Shown: in pieces, positions 40,941 through 51,072 of the stretch | Numbering within the stretch: the stretch's first letter is position 1 | How the letters are laid out: each line of letters starts with the position of its first letter | Assembly (NCBI GenBank): GCA_038254365.1 | Contig: JBBSGI010000009.1 | Span: 1,227 to 65,226, forward strand | Length of the DNA stretch: 64,000 bases | Reading direction: 5' to 3' | Source of the DNA: Propionibacteriales bacterium | GTDB lineage: Bacteria > Actinomycetota > Actinomycetes > Propionibacteriales > Nocardioidaceae | Position numbers and translations under genes: made by a program | The notes under the pieces: model-generated | Database searches by the model: none | Told to the model about the DNA's origin: nothing | Seen by the model: the letters and a program-made list of their open reading frames with translations, nothing else

Positions 40941-42562
40941 TCTCCTTCTCCGACTTCTCGTTCTGGTATCCCGGCGCCGAAGACCCGGTGCTCGAGAACG
41001 TTCACCTCGAGGTGCAGGAGGGTGACTTCGCGCTGGTTGTCGGGCACACCGGGTCGGGCAAGTCGACGCTGCTGCGAGCGGTGAACGGTCTGGTCCCGCA
41101 CTTCACCGGCGGCCACGTCGAGGGCTCGGTCCGAGTCAGTGGGCTGGATCCTCGGCTGAAGCCGCCGCGGGAGCTCGCCGAGACCGTCGGCGTTGTCGGG
41201 CAGGACCCCTTGGCCGGGTTCGTCACCGACACGGTCGAGGAGGAGCTGGCCTATGGGATGGAGCAGCTCGCGGTCCGCCCTCAGGCCATGCGGCGACGGG
41301 TGGAGGAGGTCCTGGACCTGATGGGCATCGCCGCTCTGCGACGACGGCCGCTGCGGACGCTGTCCGGAGGGGAGCAGCAGCGGGTGGCGCTCGGATCGGT
41401 GCTGACCCAGAACCCGAAGGTGCTGGTTCTCGACGAACCGACGTCTGCGCTGGACCCGGCGGCGGCGGAGGACGCACTGGCGGCCGTGCTGCGCCTCGTG
41501 CACGACGTGGGGGTCACCGTGCTGGCGGCGGAGCACCGGCTGGAGCGGGTCGTGGAGTATGCCGACTCGCTGGTGGTGGTGGAAGGCCGGCGCGTCCGCT
41601 CCGGCCGACCCGCGGACTTGCTGCTGAGCTCACCGCTCGCGCCGCCGGTCGTCGAGCTCGCCCGGCTATGTGGTTGGCGACCGCTTCCGCTCTCCGTGCG
41701 AGACGCGCGCCGGCTGTCGGGCCCCCTGCGCGACCGGCTGTCGGGGTTGCGGCCGGCCGCCGTGGTCGAGGCCGTCGGCGACGCCGCGGACGGACTGGTC
41801 GCCCGGTCCGTGTCTGTCAGCTACGGCGCAACCGCCGCCCTGCGCCGCGCGGACCTGGAGGCTGCGCCGGGCGAGATCGTGGCCCTGATGGGACGTAACG
41901 GGTCGGGGAAGTCCTCGCTGCTGTGGGCCGTCCAGGGCAGCGTCCGGCGCTCGGGTGGATCGGTCCGCGTGGCGGGCCAGGACGTCACCAAGCTGCCTCG
42001 GGACGGCGCCTCGGGTCTGGTGGCCCTGGTCCCACAGCAGGCCACGGACCTGCTGTACCACGACAGCGTCCGGGCTGAGTGCGCGGCAGCCGATCGGGCA
42101 GCGGGGGCCCCGTCGGGGACGGCGCGGGCGATCTTCGACGAGCTCTGCCTCGGTGCGGCCGTTTCCGAGGCGGCCCACCCGCGTGACCTGTCTGACGGAC
42201 AGCGGCTGGCGCTGGCCCTGGCCGTCCAGCTCGCGCCGCGTCCAAGCGTCATCCTGCTCGACGAGCCGACCCGTGGGCTTGACTACCGGGCCAAGGCTCG
42301 GCTCCGTGGGATGCTGCGGGGCTTGGCCGCCGTGGGCAAGGCCGTCGTGGTGGCCACTCACGACGTCGAGTTCGTCGCCCAGACCGCCCAGCGGGTCGTC
42401 GTACTGGCCGAGGGGGAGGTCATCACGTCTGCTCCAACTGCGGAGGCGCTGGCCGCCTCGCCGGTGTTCGCACCGCAGGTTGCGAAAGTGCTGGCCCCGA
42501 TGGAGTGGCTGACCACGGACCAGGTAGTCGAGGCGCTCGAAGCGGAGGTCGCCCGTGGTTGA
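40937..42562 (+). CDS. ECF transporter ATPase, duplicated (A-A' fused) ABC protein
   Basis: Two ABC cassettes: GHTGSGKST / LSGGEQQR / VLDEPTS, and GRNGSGKSS / LSDGQRL / LLDEPTRGLD. Confidence 0.88.
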   Translation: MISFSDFSFWYPGAEDPVLENVHLEVQEGDFALVVGHTGSGKSTLLRAVNGLVPHFTGGHVEGSVRVSGLDPRLKPPRELAETVGVVGQDPLAGFVTDTVEEELAYGMEQLAVRPQAMRRRVEEVLDLMGIAALRRRPLRTLSGGEQQRVALGSVLTQNPKVLVLDEPTSALDPAAAEDALAAVLRLVHDVGVTVLAAEHRLERVVEYADSLVVVEGRRVRSGRPADLLLSSPLAPPVVELARLCGWRPLPLSVRDARRLSGPLRDRLSGLRPAAVVEAVGDAADGLVARSVSVSYGATAALRRADLEAAPGEIVALMGRNGSGKSSLLWAVQGSVRRSGGSVRVAGQDVTKLPRDGASGLVALVPQQATDLLYHDSVRAECAAADRAAGAPSGTARAIFDELCLGAAVSEAAHPRDLSDGQRLALALAVQLAPRPSVILLDEPTRGLDYRAKARLRGMLRGLAAVGKAVVVATHDVEFVAQTAQRVVVLAEGEVITSAPTAEALAASPVFAPQVAKVLAPMEWLTTDQVVEALEAEVARG

Positions 42563-43445
42563 GGTTGCCCACCGTTCGGCCCCCCAGCGGGTGCATCGTC
42601 TCGAGAACGACGTCTCAGTACTGCGGATCGGGACCAAGACCGGGACCCTGCTGTTGCTCGCGACGGTCGGTGGCCTGGTCATGTTCTGCTGGCCGCTGTT
42701 CGTGCACGCGTCGAACCACTCTTGGGGTCACACGACGGCTGCGCCGTTCGTCTTCGTCCTGGTGCTCCCGGTCCTGGTCGCTATCGTGCTGGCGTCGTTC
42801 AGCGAGGGAGGGATGGACTCGAAGGCGCTGGCGATGCTCGGCGTGCTGTCGGCGGTCAACGCAGCGCTGCGACCCCTCGGGGCGGGGATCGCCGGCGTCG
42901 AGACGGTGTTCTTCATGCTGGTGCTCGCCGGCCGGGTGTTCGGGCCGGGCTTCGGGTTCGTGCTCGGCTGTACGTCGATCTTCGCGTCCGCCTTGCTGAC
43001 CGCAGGGGTGGGTCCCTGGCTGCCGTTCCAGATGCTGGCGTCGGCGTGGATCGGGCTGGGCGCAGGCCTCCTGCCGAGGCGCCCTCGGGGCCGAGCGGAG
43101 GTTGTCATGCTGGTCGGCTACGGGGTGGTGGCGGCCTACGTCTTCGGCTTCCTGATGAACCTGTCCTTCTGGCCGTACGCGGTTGGGACCGGAACCCAGA
43201 TTTCGTTCGTGCCGGGGGCCGGTGTGTGGGAGAACTTGCACCGTTTCGTCTTCTACACCTTGACGACTTCGACCCTCGGATGGGACACCGGACGGGCAGT
43301 CACCAACTCGGTGGCGATTCTCACCTTCGGACCGGCGGTGCTCGCCACCCTACGTCGCGCGTCACGCCGCGCCTCCTTCGCGACACCGGCCCGTTCACCC
43401 GCCACCTGGGGATGGAAGACGACTAGCGCGGCCGCTCGTCGTTGA
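42555..43445 (+). CDS. ECF transporter substrate-specific (S) component
   Basis: Six hydrophobic spans. It is the last gene of the riboswitch-controlled operon and overlaps the ATPase gene by 8 nt. Confidence 0.65.
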   Translation: MVEVAHRSAPQRVHRLENDVSVLRIGTKTGTLLLLATVGGLVMFCWPLFVHASNHSWGHTTAAPFVFVLVLPVLVAIVLASFSEGGMDSKALAMLGVLSAVNAALRPLGAGIAGVETVFFMLVLAGRVFGPGFGFVLGCTSIFASALLTAGVGPWLPFQMLASAWIGLGAGLLPRRPRGRAEVVMLVGYGVVAAYVFGFLMNLSFWPYAVGTGTQISFVPGAGVWENLHRFVFYTLTTSTLGWDTGRAVTNSVAILTFGPAVLATLRRASRRASFATPARSPATWGWKTTSAAARR

Positions 43446-44739
43446 TGCGTTTGGCCTTGCCCAGTGAGCGTTCGAGTTCGTGCGGCTCGCAGATCTCGAC
43501 GGTCACCGTGACGCCGACGTGGTCCTTGATCAGCCGCGCCGCACTCTCGGCGAGTGCCTGTTTGGCGACCGGGCCGATCCCGTCCCGGCGGCTCTCCACC
43601 CGGACCGTCATCTCGTCGAGCCGCCCGGGACGGGCGAGCACGCATACGTAGTGCGGGGTCAGCCCTTCGACCTTGAGCAGCTGCTCCTCCACCTGGGTGG
43701 GGAAGACGTTGACGCCCCGCACGATCATCATGTCGTCGCTGCGCCCGGTGACCTTCTGCATGCGCCGGTACGACGGCCGGGCGGTCCCCGGCAGCAGCCG
43801 GGTCAGATCCCTCGTGCGGTAGCGGATCACCGGCATCGCCTGCTTGGTGAGCGAGGTGAAGACAAGTTCGCCTTCCTCGCCGTCGGGCAGCACCGCGCCG
43901 CTGACCGGGTCGACGATCTCGGGGTAGAACATGTCCTCCCAGACGTGCAGGCCGTCCTTGGTCTCCACGCACTCCTGAGCCACGCCGGGACCCATTACCT
44001 CGCTGAGGCCGTAGATGTCGACGGCGTGCATCGAGCAGCGTTCCTCGATCTCGTGCCGCATCTCGTCGGTCCATGGTTCCGCGCCGAAGATCCCGATCTC
44101 GAGCGACGAGCGTGCGGGGTCGAGTCCTTGGCGCTCCATCTCGTCGACGATCGCGAGAAAGTACGAAGGGGTCACCATGATCACCCGGGGGCGGAAGTCG
44201 TCGATCAGCTGGACCTGCCGCTCGGTCATCCCGCCGCTGACCGGGACCACGGTGCAGCCCAGCCGCTCCGCGCCGTAGTGCGCCCCGAGGCCGCCGGTGA
44301 ACAGCCCGTAGCCATAGGCCACGTGCAGCAGGTCGCCGCGTCGCGCTCCTGCCGCCCGGATCGAACGCGCCATCACGTCCGCCCAGTCGTCCAGGTCCGC
44401 CACGGTGTACCCGACCACGGTGGGCCGGCCCGTCGTACCACTCGACGCGTGCACGCGAGCTACCTCCTCGCGCGGCACCGAGAACATCCCGAACGGGTAG
44501 TTGTCACGCAGGTCGGCCTTGCTGGTCAAGGGGAAGCGGGCCAGGTCCTCGAGATGGTGGAGGTCGTCGGGCCGCATCCCGGCCGCGTCAAAGGCACGGG
44601 TGTAGTGCGGTACGTGGTCGTAGACGCGATGCAGCGTCTCCCGCATTCGGTTGAGCTGGTGGGTGCGCAACGCGTCGACAGACATGCGCTCGCGGTGGTC
44701 CCACAGTTCCTGCGGGGTGGACAGTGGCGGCGAGCTCAT
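43423..44739 (-). CDS. paaK: phenylacetate--CoA ligase
   Basis: LTSKADLRDNYPFGMF, HASSGTTGRPT and the PaaK C-terminal domain. 438 aa. Confidence 0.9.
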   Translation of the reverse strand: MSSPPLSTPQELWDHRERMSVDALRTHQLNRMRETLHRVYDHVPHYTRAFDAAGMRPDDLHHLEDLARFPLTSKADLRDNYPFGMFSVPREEVARVHASSGTTGRPTVVGYTVADLDDWADVMARSIRAAGARRGDLLHVAYGYGLFTGGLGAHYGAERLGCTVVPVSGGMTERQVQLIDDFRPRVIMVTPSYFLAIVDEMERQGLDPARSSLEIGIFGAEPWTDEMRHEIEERCSMHAVDIYGLSEVMGPGVAQECVETKDGLHVWEDMFYPEIVDPVSGAVLPDGEEGELVFTSLTKQAMPVIRYRTRDLTRLLPGTARPSYRRMQKVTGRSDDMMIVRGVNVFPTQVEEQLLKVEGLTPHYVCVLARPGRLDEMTVRVESRRDGIGPVAKQALAESAARLIKDHVGVTVTVEICEPHELERSLGKAKRINDERPR

Positions 44740-45194
44740 GACTGTCCGGGTAACCGTCCGGGCTCGCCGGCAGCCGGGTCCAGGTGCGCGCCGCCGATCG
44801 TTCTGCTGCGGCCGCGAAACTCCGCTAACACCTCGTCGCCCCTCCTCACCTGGATGTCATAGATGCCGGAACGCCCCGAGCGATGGCGTTCGACGGCCGT
44901 TGCGACGAGGAGGTCATCTCGCTGTGCGGGCAGCACGAACGTTATGTCGCAGGCTTGGGCGACCGTGCGCACGTTGTAGGTGTTGCATGCAAAGGCGAAC
45001 GCGGAGTCGGCCAGGGCAAAGATGAAACCGCCGTGAGCCATGCCGTGACCGTTGGTCATGTCGTCGCGGACCCGCATCGACACGGTGGCGTGCCCGCTGG
45101 CGACCGACTCGATGCGCATGCCCAGGCGCTGCGAGGCGACGTCATCGGCCCACATGACGTCCGCGCACGCCTGCGCCAGCTCGTCCGGGTTCAC
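44736..45194 (-). CDS. paaI: hydroxyphenylacetyl-CoA thioesterase PaaI (hotdog fold)
   Basis: NGHGMAHGGFIFALADSAFAFA motif. 4-nt overlap with paaK. Confidence 0.85.
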   Translation of the reverse strand: MNPDELAQACADVMWADDVASQRLGMRIESVASGHATVSMRVRDDMTNGHGMAHGGFIFALADSAFAFACNTYNVRTVAQACDITFVLPAQRDDLLVATAVERHRSGRSGIYDIQVRRGDEVLAEFRGRSRTIGGAHLDPAAGEPGRLPGQS

Positions 45195-45670
45195 AATGGC
45201 CTCTCGAGCAGCACGACCCGGTGGCCGTCGGACTGAACGAGCTGGCCGACTTCGCGGTAGCCCCGCGCCTGGTGAAACGCGAGTGATTCGAAATTCGGCG
45301 GGTCGGAGTTGACCTCGCAGACCATCCGTCCGTGCGCCTTGGCCTCCGCCTCGATGACGTCGTAGATCGCGCCGGCGATCCCGCGCCGACGGAAGGCCCG
45401 GTCCACCGCGATGCGGTCGAGGTAGACGAAGTCGTCAAAGCGCCCCGAGTGCCAGGCATAGTTGACGGAACCGTAGGAGGCACCGGGAGCGTACGCCACC
45501 GCGAACGCCGCGACCTCCCCCTCCACCTCGCAGACCAAGATGACGGCGGCCTCGGCCCGGTGCGCCGCCAGGCTTTCGGCGTCCAGTGGGCTGAGCGCCC
45601 ACACCGACTCCGCGTTGAGCCGCAACACCGCCTCGGCGTCCTCATCGGTCATGGGACGGATCTCCACCAC
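45191..45670 (-). CDS. GNAT-family N-acetyltransferase
   Basis: Acetyl-CoA motif IAVDRAFRRRGIAGAIY. 4-nt overlap with paaI. Confidence 0.85.
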   Translation of the reverse strand: MVEIRPMTDEDAEAVLRLNAESVWALSPLDAESLAAHRAEAAVILVCEVEGEVAAFAVAYAPGASYGSVNYAWHSGRFDDFVYLDRIAVDRAFRRRGIAGAIYDVIEAEAKAHGRMVCEVNSDPPNFESLAFHQARGYREVGQLVQSDGHRVVLLERPL

Positions 45671-45799
45671 GGCACTCTCTCATGCCATAGCCTTGGGACA
45701 GCGCCGTGACCGGATCGTCACGTCAAGGTGCGAGCGTGCTCGGGTATCCATCCGGGGTCCTGAGAGGGACCCGTGAGGCTTGTCCGGCTGGTGCGACAC

Positions 45800-46528
45800 T
45801 CAAACCCAGCGTTGGGCAAAGAAGACGAGCTCTCGGCCGGGTCGGTCCGGGGCGTCGCGCACATCCCTCACGCGATAGCGGTGCGCGAGCAGGCTGGCTT
45901 CGACCTCATCTCGCTGGCGGAAGCGCAGGGTCGAGTCTGAGGTCACCTTCTGCCCATCCGAGCCAAACACCCAGGTGCCGCGGAAGGTCACCAGCGGCCC
46001 GCTCACATCGGTGACGTCAACCCAGCTCGTTACCCGGCCCACTCCGGGGATCTCGGTGACGGAGTACGTCGCCGAGCGGTTCCACTCAAGCCACGCCAGA
46101 AACGCCGGATCACGCGTCTCGAACACAAGGTGACCATCGGGACGCAAGGCCTCGTATACGCCGTCCAGGGTCCTCTCCCACTCGAACTGGTCGTGGATCG
46201 CCTGGGCGACATTCCCGGTCATGGTCGCGAGGTCGACCTGTATCGGCGGCATGCTTGTGGCGTCACTATGGACCCATGCCACCCGGTCGGCGCCGGGCTT
46301 GGCCCGAGCAACCTCGAGCGACCCGGCCGCGGGATCGACGCCGACAACGGTGTGACCGCGATCGGCGAGGAGCAACGCGAAAGTCCCAGTGCCACATCCG
46401 AGATCCAGCACACTGTGCGCACCCAGTTCCTGGGCTATCGCGAGGTATGTCTCAAGGTCACTACGGTCGGGGTCAAGTGCGTCGTAGATGGCGACCAGCC
46501 GCGGATGCTCGAAGATCTCGTCCACCAT
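45800..46528 (-). CDS. class I SAM-dependent methyltransferase
   Basis: VLDLGCGTGTFALLLADRGHTVVGVD. The start is taken at MVDEIFEHP (46528), because the longer ORF would overlap the divergent paaN start. Confidence 0.8.
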   Translation of the reverse strand: MVDEIFEHPRLVAIYDALDPDRSDLETYLAIAQELGAHSVLDLGCGTGTFALLLADRGHTVVGVDPAAGSLEVARAKPGADRVAWVHSDATSMPPIQVDLATMTGNVAQAIHDQFEWERTLDGVYEALRPDGHLVFETRDPAFLAWLEWNRSATYSVTEIPGVGRVTSWVDVTDVSGPLVTFRGTWVFGSDGQKVTSDSTLRFRQRDEVEASLLAHRYRVRDVRDAPDRPGRELVFFAQRWV

Positions 46529-46705
46529 GCGGCCGAAGCTAGCCCCCTCGGTGACCACGGGGGATACCGGGCGAGTCTTCGAAGTCCTCCAGGTCGCAGC
46601 TTTGGCCAGCACGGCGGTCGCCGCGGTCTCGCGCCGCCAACTAGACTTCGAGTCATCGGGCCGGCTGGCAGTCGGCACGGAATCCGATTGGTCGTGGAGG
46701 CCGGT

Positions 46706-48385
46706 ATGTCGTTCGCCGCCGAGGCGTTTGTCCGTCATCGCGAGACCCTGGAGCAGGCGGTCGAGGCGACGCGGACCCGCGGGTACTTCAGCGCCTATCC
46801 GGAGTCTCCCAGCCCCCGGATCTATGGCGAGACGGCGGCAGCCGAAGGCCTCGCCGCGTTCGAAGCCCTGCTAGGCAACGACTTTCCGTTGGCCACACCG
46901 GGCGCGGAGGGCACGGTGGCAACGGAGAAGTCACCCTTCGGCCCCGTCCTGGACATCTCCTACCCGCGGATCACCCCCGAGGATGTCGACGCGCTCATCG
47001 ACGCGGCCTCCGCGGGTCTGGTCGGCTGGCGCGACGCTGGTGTCGAAGCCAGGGTCGGCGTCGGCCTGGAGATTCTGGCCAGGCTGCACGCCCGGGTGTT
47101 CGAGCTGGCGAATGCGGTCATGCATACCTCCGGTCAGGCGTTCGTCATGGCGTTCCAGGCGGGCGGTGCCCACGCGCTGGACCGGGCGCTCGAGGCGATC
47201 GCCTACGCGTACGTCGAGATGACCCGGGTTCCGCCGAGCGCGGTGTGGGAGAAGCCTGGACGGGACGCGCCGATCCGGATGGAGAAGACTTTCACCGTGG
47301 CCCCCCGAGGACTGGCGCTGGTCGTGGGCTGCAACACCTTCCCCACGTGGAACTCCTGGCCGGGTCTGTTCGCATCCTTGGTCACCGGCAACCCGACGAT
47401 CGTCAAACCGCATCCCGGCGCCGTGCTGCCCCTTGCGATCACGGTCCAGACCTGTCAGGAGGTGCTGCTTGAGGCCGGCCACGACCCCAATCTCGTCACG
47501 CTCGCGGCCGAGGACCCCGCGGACGGCATCGCTGCCGTACTGGCCGTGCGACGAGAGGTTCGGCTGGTGGACTTCACCGGATCCAACGCGTTCGGGACCT
47601 GGCTCGAGGACAACGCCCGCCAGGCGGTGGTGTTCACCGAGAAGGCCGGGGTCAACACCGTAGTCATCGACTCGACCAACTCGTTCAAGGGAATGTGCTT
47701 CAACCTGGCGTTCTCGCTCGCGCTGTACAGCGGGCAGATGTGTACGGCGCCACAGAACCTCTACGTCCCCACCCACGGCATTCAGACCGACGAGGGGCAC
47801 AAGTCCGTGGACGATGTTGTCGCCGGGCTCTCCGGCGCCCTGTCCAAGCTGATCGGCGACGACGCCAGGGCCGTCGAGGTCCTGGGCGGTGTGGTCAACG
47901 CGGCCGTCCTCGAACGCGTCTCCCAGGTGGATGGGTCGGGCGGCGACGTCGTGATCGAGTCCCGCGAGGTGAAGCATCCGTTGTATGGCGACGCTGTCGT
48001 CCGTACGCCGACGGTGCTCCGCGTCGCCGTCGCGAACCGTGCCGTCTACGAGCAGGAGTGCTTCGGCCCGGTGGCGTTCCTGGTCACGACCAGATCGAGC
48101 GAGGAGTCGGTCTCGGTGTTCCGCGAGACCGCGCTGCAGCACGGTGCGATGACCGCCGCCGTCTACAGCACCGACGCTGAGGTGCTCGCGGCCGTCCGCT
48201 CGGCCGCCCTCGACGCCGGAGTGGCGCTGAGCGAGAACCTGACCGGCCAGGTCTTCGTCAACCAGTCGGCCGCCTTCAGCGACTTTCACGGAACGGGCGC
48301 CAACCCGGCCGCCAACGCGACGTACACCGACGGCGCCTACGTCGCCAGCAGGTTCCGCATCATCCAGTCCCGCCGCCACATTTGA
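46706..48385 (+). CDS. paaN: phenylacetic acid degradation protein PaaN (ring-opening aldehyde dehydrogenase)
   Basis: ALDH-superfamily protein of 559 aa. The N-terminus MSFAAEAFVRHRETLEQAVEATRTRGYFSAYPESPSPRIYGE is typical of PaaN, and the catalytic region is YSGQMCTAPQN. ATG follows GGAGG. Confidence 0.8.
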   Translation: MSFAAEAFVRHRETLEQAVEATRTRGYFSAYPESPSPRIYGETAAAEGLAAFEALLGNDFPLATPGAEGTVATEKSPFGPVLDISYPRITPEDVDALIDAASAGLVGWRDAGVEARVGVGLEILARLHARVFELANAVMHTSGQAFVMAFQAGGAHALDRALEAIAYAYVEMTRVPPSAVWEKPGRDAPIRMEKTFTVAPRGLALVVGCNTFPTWNSWPGLFASLVTGNPTIVKPHPGAVLPLAITVQTCQEVLLEAGHDPNLVTLAAEDPADGIAAVLAVRREVRLVDFTGSNAFGTWLEDNARQAVVFTEKAGVNTVVIDSTNSFKGMCFNLAFSLALYSGQMCTAPQNLYVPTHGIQTDEGHKSVDDVVAGLSGALSKLIGDDARAVEVLGGVVNAAVLERVSQVDGSGGDVVIESREVKHPLYGDAVVRTPTVLRVAVANRAVYEQECFGPVAFLVTTRSSEESVSVFRETALQHGAMTAAVYSTDAEVLAAVRSAALDAGVALSENLTGQVFVNQSAAFSDFHGTGANPAANATYTDGAYVASRFRIIQSRRHI

Positions 48386-48440
48386 GGGCGTGCTTGGGGT
48401 GTGCGCAGGCTCGACGACTCGGCTCGCCGCCGAACGGTCG

Positions 48441-49520
48441 TCAAGCCCGGTAGAGCGACACCAGGGGACACGCGAAGGTGTCCTGGCCCCGTAGTCCGAC
48501 CTGGTTGAGATAGCGGACCACGACACCGTACGACTCGAAGAGCCCCATCTCCGTGTAGTCCACCTGATGCTGCCTGCAGTACTCGCGAACGATCGGCTGG
48601 GCGGATGCCAGGTTCGGTCGCGGCATGCTCGGGAACAGGTGATGCTCGATCTGGTAGTTGAGCCCGCCCATGGCGAAGTCCGTCAGGATGCCGCCTCGGA
48701 TGTTGCGCGACATCAGGACCTGGCGCCGAAGGAAGTCGACCCGCATGTCGGCGGGCACGATCGGCATGCCCTTGTGATTGGGTGCGAACGATCCGCCCAG
48801 GGCGAGCCCAAAGATCGCCATCTGGATGCCGAAGAATGCCGAGGCTTTCCCCGGGGAAAGCAGGAGGAACAACACGATGATGTATGCGAGCAGCCGGGTG
48901 ATGACGAGCAGCGCCTCCACCCGCTGGTACGGCATGGTCCGCCGGGTCAGCAAGCTTCGGATGCTGGCCATGTGCAGGTTGAGACCCTCCAGGGTCAGCA
49001 ACGGGAAGAAGAGCCATCCTTGGCGCTGGACCATCCACCCGGCGATCCCACGGCGCCGCGTCGCGGCTATCTCGGGGGTGAAGGCGAGAACTCCGGACTC
49101 GATGTCGGGGTCCTTGCCGACCTGGTTCGGCGCACCGTGGTGTCTGTTGTGCTTGGTCTTCCACCAGCCGTAGCTGAGCCCCACGAAGACGCCGGACAGG
49201 AGTCGCGAGCACCAGTCGTTCCACGCCGCTGACTTGAAGATCTGTCGGTGGGCGCCGTCATGACCGAGGAAGCCGAACTGGGCGATGACCACCCCCAGCA
49301 CGGCGGCACAGATCAGCACTAGCCACGAGTGGCGCAGGGTGACGGCCACCACCCAGACCAAGCCGAACGCGGCAACTGCCGCGGTGATTCGCGTCCAGTA
49401 GTAGAGGTACCGTCGACGCAGCAGTCCGCTGTCGCGGATCGTCGAGGCCAGCTCCGTGTAGAGGCTAACGTGACGGTCGGCGCGCCGCAGGACGGCTGTT
49501 TCGCTGGCAGGTGCTGGCAT
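48441..49520 (-). CDS. membrane fatty acid desaturase (DesA3-like)
   Basis: Three His boxes: HDGAHR, HNRHH, QIEHHLFP. ATG 49520 is preceded by AGGAG. The ORF also allows ATG 49577. Confidence 0.85.
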   Translation of the reverse strand: MPAPASETAVLRRADRHVSLYTELASTIRDSGLLRRRYLYYWTRITAAVAAFGLVWVVAVTLRHSWLVLICAAVLGVVIAQFGFLGHDGAHRQIFKSAAWNDWCSRLLSGVFVGLSYGWWKTKHNRHHGAPNQVGKDPDIESGVLAFTPEIAATRRRGIAGWMVQRQGWLFFPLLTLEGLNLHMASIRSLLTRRTMPYQRVEALLVITRLLAYIIVLFLLLSPGKASAFFGIQMAIFGLALGGSFAPNHKGMPIVPADMRVDFLRRQVLMSRNIRGGILTDFAMGGLNYQIEHHLFPSMPRPNLASAQPIVREYCRQHQVDYTEMGLFESYGVVVRYLNQVGLRGQDTFACPLVSLYRA

Positions 49521-49637
49521 GGACGTCGCTCTCCTGTGACTGAACCTCTGAGTGAGAGTCACCAGGGTCTGGGGCAACCCGCCAAATGGAGGTGGTGGTC
49601 CGAATGTAGATCCTGACGAACACGCTACACGCCGAGC

Positions 49638-50347
49638 TCAGGTGGCGCCCGTGATGCACCGGCCAGTCAGCGCCCGCGGGCGTCGGACGCTGCCGACAGG
49701 AGTGCGGACGCCTCGAGCCGCCTTCGACCAGGTCGCGACCAGCGCGACGACGACGATTCCGGCCGATCACCACGGCGGAGCCGGTGCCGACCTTCGCGGC
49801 TACCTGCTTGTACGAGGCTCCCGCGAAGTACCCGACCAGACAGAAGCCGATGCCCCAGGTCATCCCGCCGAGCGTGTTCCACAGCAGGAACTTCGGGTAG
49901 CGCATCTCGCTGAGCCCGGCCAGTCCCGGCATGACGGCTCGGAAGAACGCGGTGAAACGACCCAGAAACACCGCAGGCCCACCCCGGTCCCGCAGCATGG
50001 CGCGGACGCTCGCCAACCTGGCCTCGTGGCGCTCGAGCAGATGCCACCGGACCACCCTTGGTCCGAACAGCCTTCCCACCTCGTACCCGACGCTGTCCCC
50101 GAGGATGGCCGCTAGAGCTACCAAGGCGCAGAAGCGCCCAGATGTTCAAGTGATCACTGCTGGCCAGGAACCCTCCGAGGAGCACGGCAGTCTCGCCGGG
50201 AAGGACGAACCCGATGAAGACCGCTGCCTCGCCGAAAACGAGGGCGGCGACGATCGCGTACGCCGCGAGGGGAGGCAGCGACTCGATCGCGGAGGTCACG
50301 GCGTCCACCCAGGTCACGGTATCGCGGTGGCCGATCCGCTCGCGCAT
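49638..50347 (-). pseudogene. DedA-family membrane protein gene interrupted by two frameshifts
   Basis: The N-terminal part (VFGEAAVFIGFVLPGETAVLLGGFLASSDHLNIW) is in one frame. The middle (LVALAAILGDSVGYEVGRLFG...FLGRFTAFFRAVMPGLAG...) is in a second frame from about 50125. The last TMS (GIVVVALVATW...) is in the third frame from about 49750, ending at TGA 49638. Confidence 0.65.
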
Positions 50348-50387
50348 GCGTGCACGACGGTCGCGAGGATCTGACAAACTTGACCGC

Positions 50388-50846
50388 ATGCGAGTGTCCG
50401 CCAAGTCCGACTACGCCCTGCGCGCGCTGATCGAGATCGCGACGCGTGCGGACGGCGCGCGGGTATCGGCGGAGGAGCTTGGCCAGCTCCAGGGCATCCC
50501 CAGGGGCTTCCTCCAGGCGATCCTCGCCGACCTGCGTCGGGCCAGCATCGTCATCAGCGTGCGGGGCCAGAACGGCGGATGGCGGCTGGCCGCGGACGCG
50601 TCGACGATCACCGTCGCGGACATCATCCGGGCGGTTGACGGTCCGCTGGTCAGCGTCTACGGGCTGCGCCCGGAGGCCGTCAAGTACCACGACTCGGCGA
50701 CCGTGCTCCAGCTGGTGTGGATCGCCGCTCGAGCGAACCTGCGCGACGTTCTCGAGCAGGTCACCGTCGAGATGCTGGCCGAGGCCAGGCTGCCGCCGCG
50801 GGTCATGGCCCTCACCAACGATCGCGATGCCTGGCAGCCCCACTAG
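50388..50846 (+). CDS. Rrf2-family transcriptional regulator
   Basis: MRVSAKSDYALRALIEIA...VSAEELGQLQGIPRGFLQAILADLRRASIV.S.RGQNGGWRLA. No Cys triad is evident. Confidence 0.88.
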   Translation: MRVSAKSDYALRALIEIATRADGARVSAEELGQLQGIPRGFLQAILADLRRASIVISVRGQNGGWRLAADASTITVADIIRAVDGPLVSVYGLRPEAVKYHDSATVLQLVWIAARANLRDVLEQVTVEMLAEARLPPRVMALTNDRDAWQPH

Positions 50847-51072
50847 CTGTTGCCTCTGCGCCACCTGCTGCCGCTGTGACCAGGACACCAGGCCGCGCGA
50901 GCGAGACGGCCACGGGCGGCGGCTCGATGCACCTGCCGCAACATGTAGCCCACCTCCCGGGCCTTGCGGGCCGAGACGCGAGCCACCCCGAAGCCCGCAT
51001 CCTCCATCTGCTCTCAGCCTGTGGATGCGGACATCACAATGCCCACCTGGGGACCCCACTACCCTCAAGAAG

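Noticed and set aside
50847-51072. A 226-nt gap between the Rrf2 and chorismate mutase genes contains a 54-codon minus-strand ORF (MEDAGFGVARVSARKAREVGYMLRQ...) with a faint resemblance to the ribosomal protein L22 N-terminus.
   Set aside because: It is too short and the similarity is weak. It has no RBS, and the tail is Arg/Gly-rich like the antisense shadows seen elsewhere. It cannot be supported without a database search.
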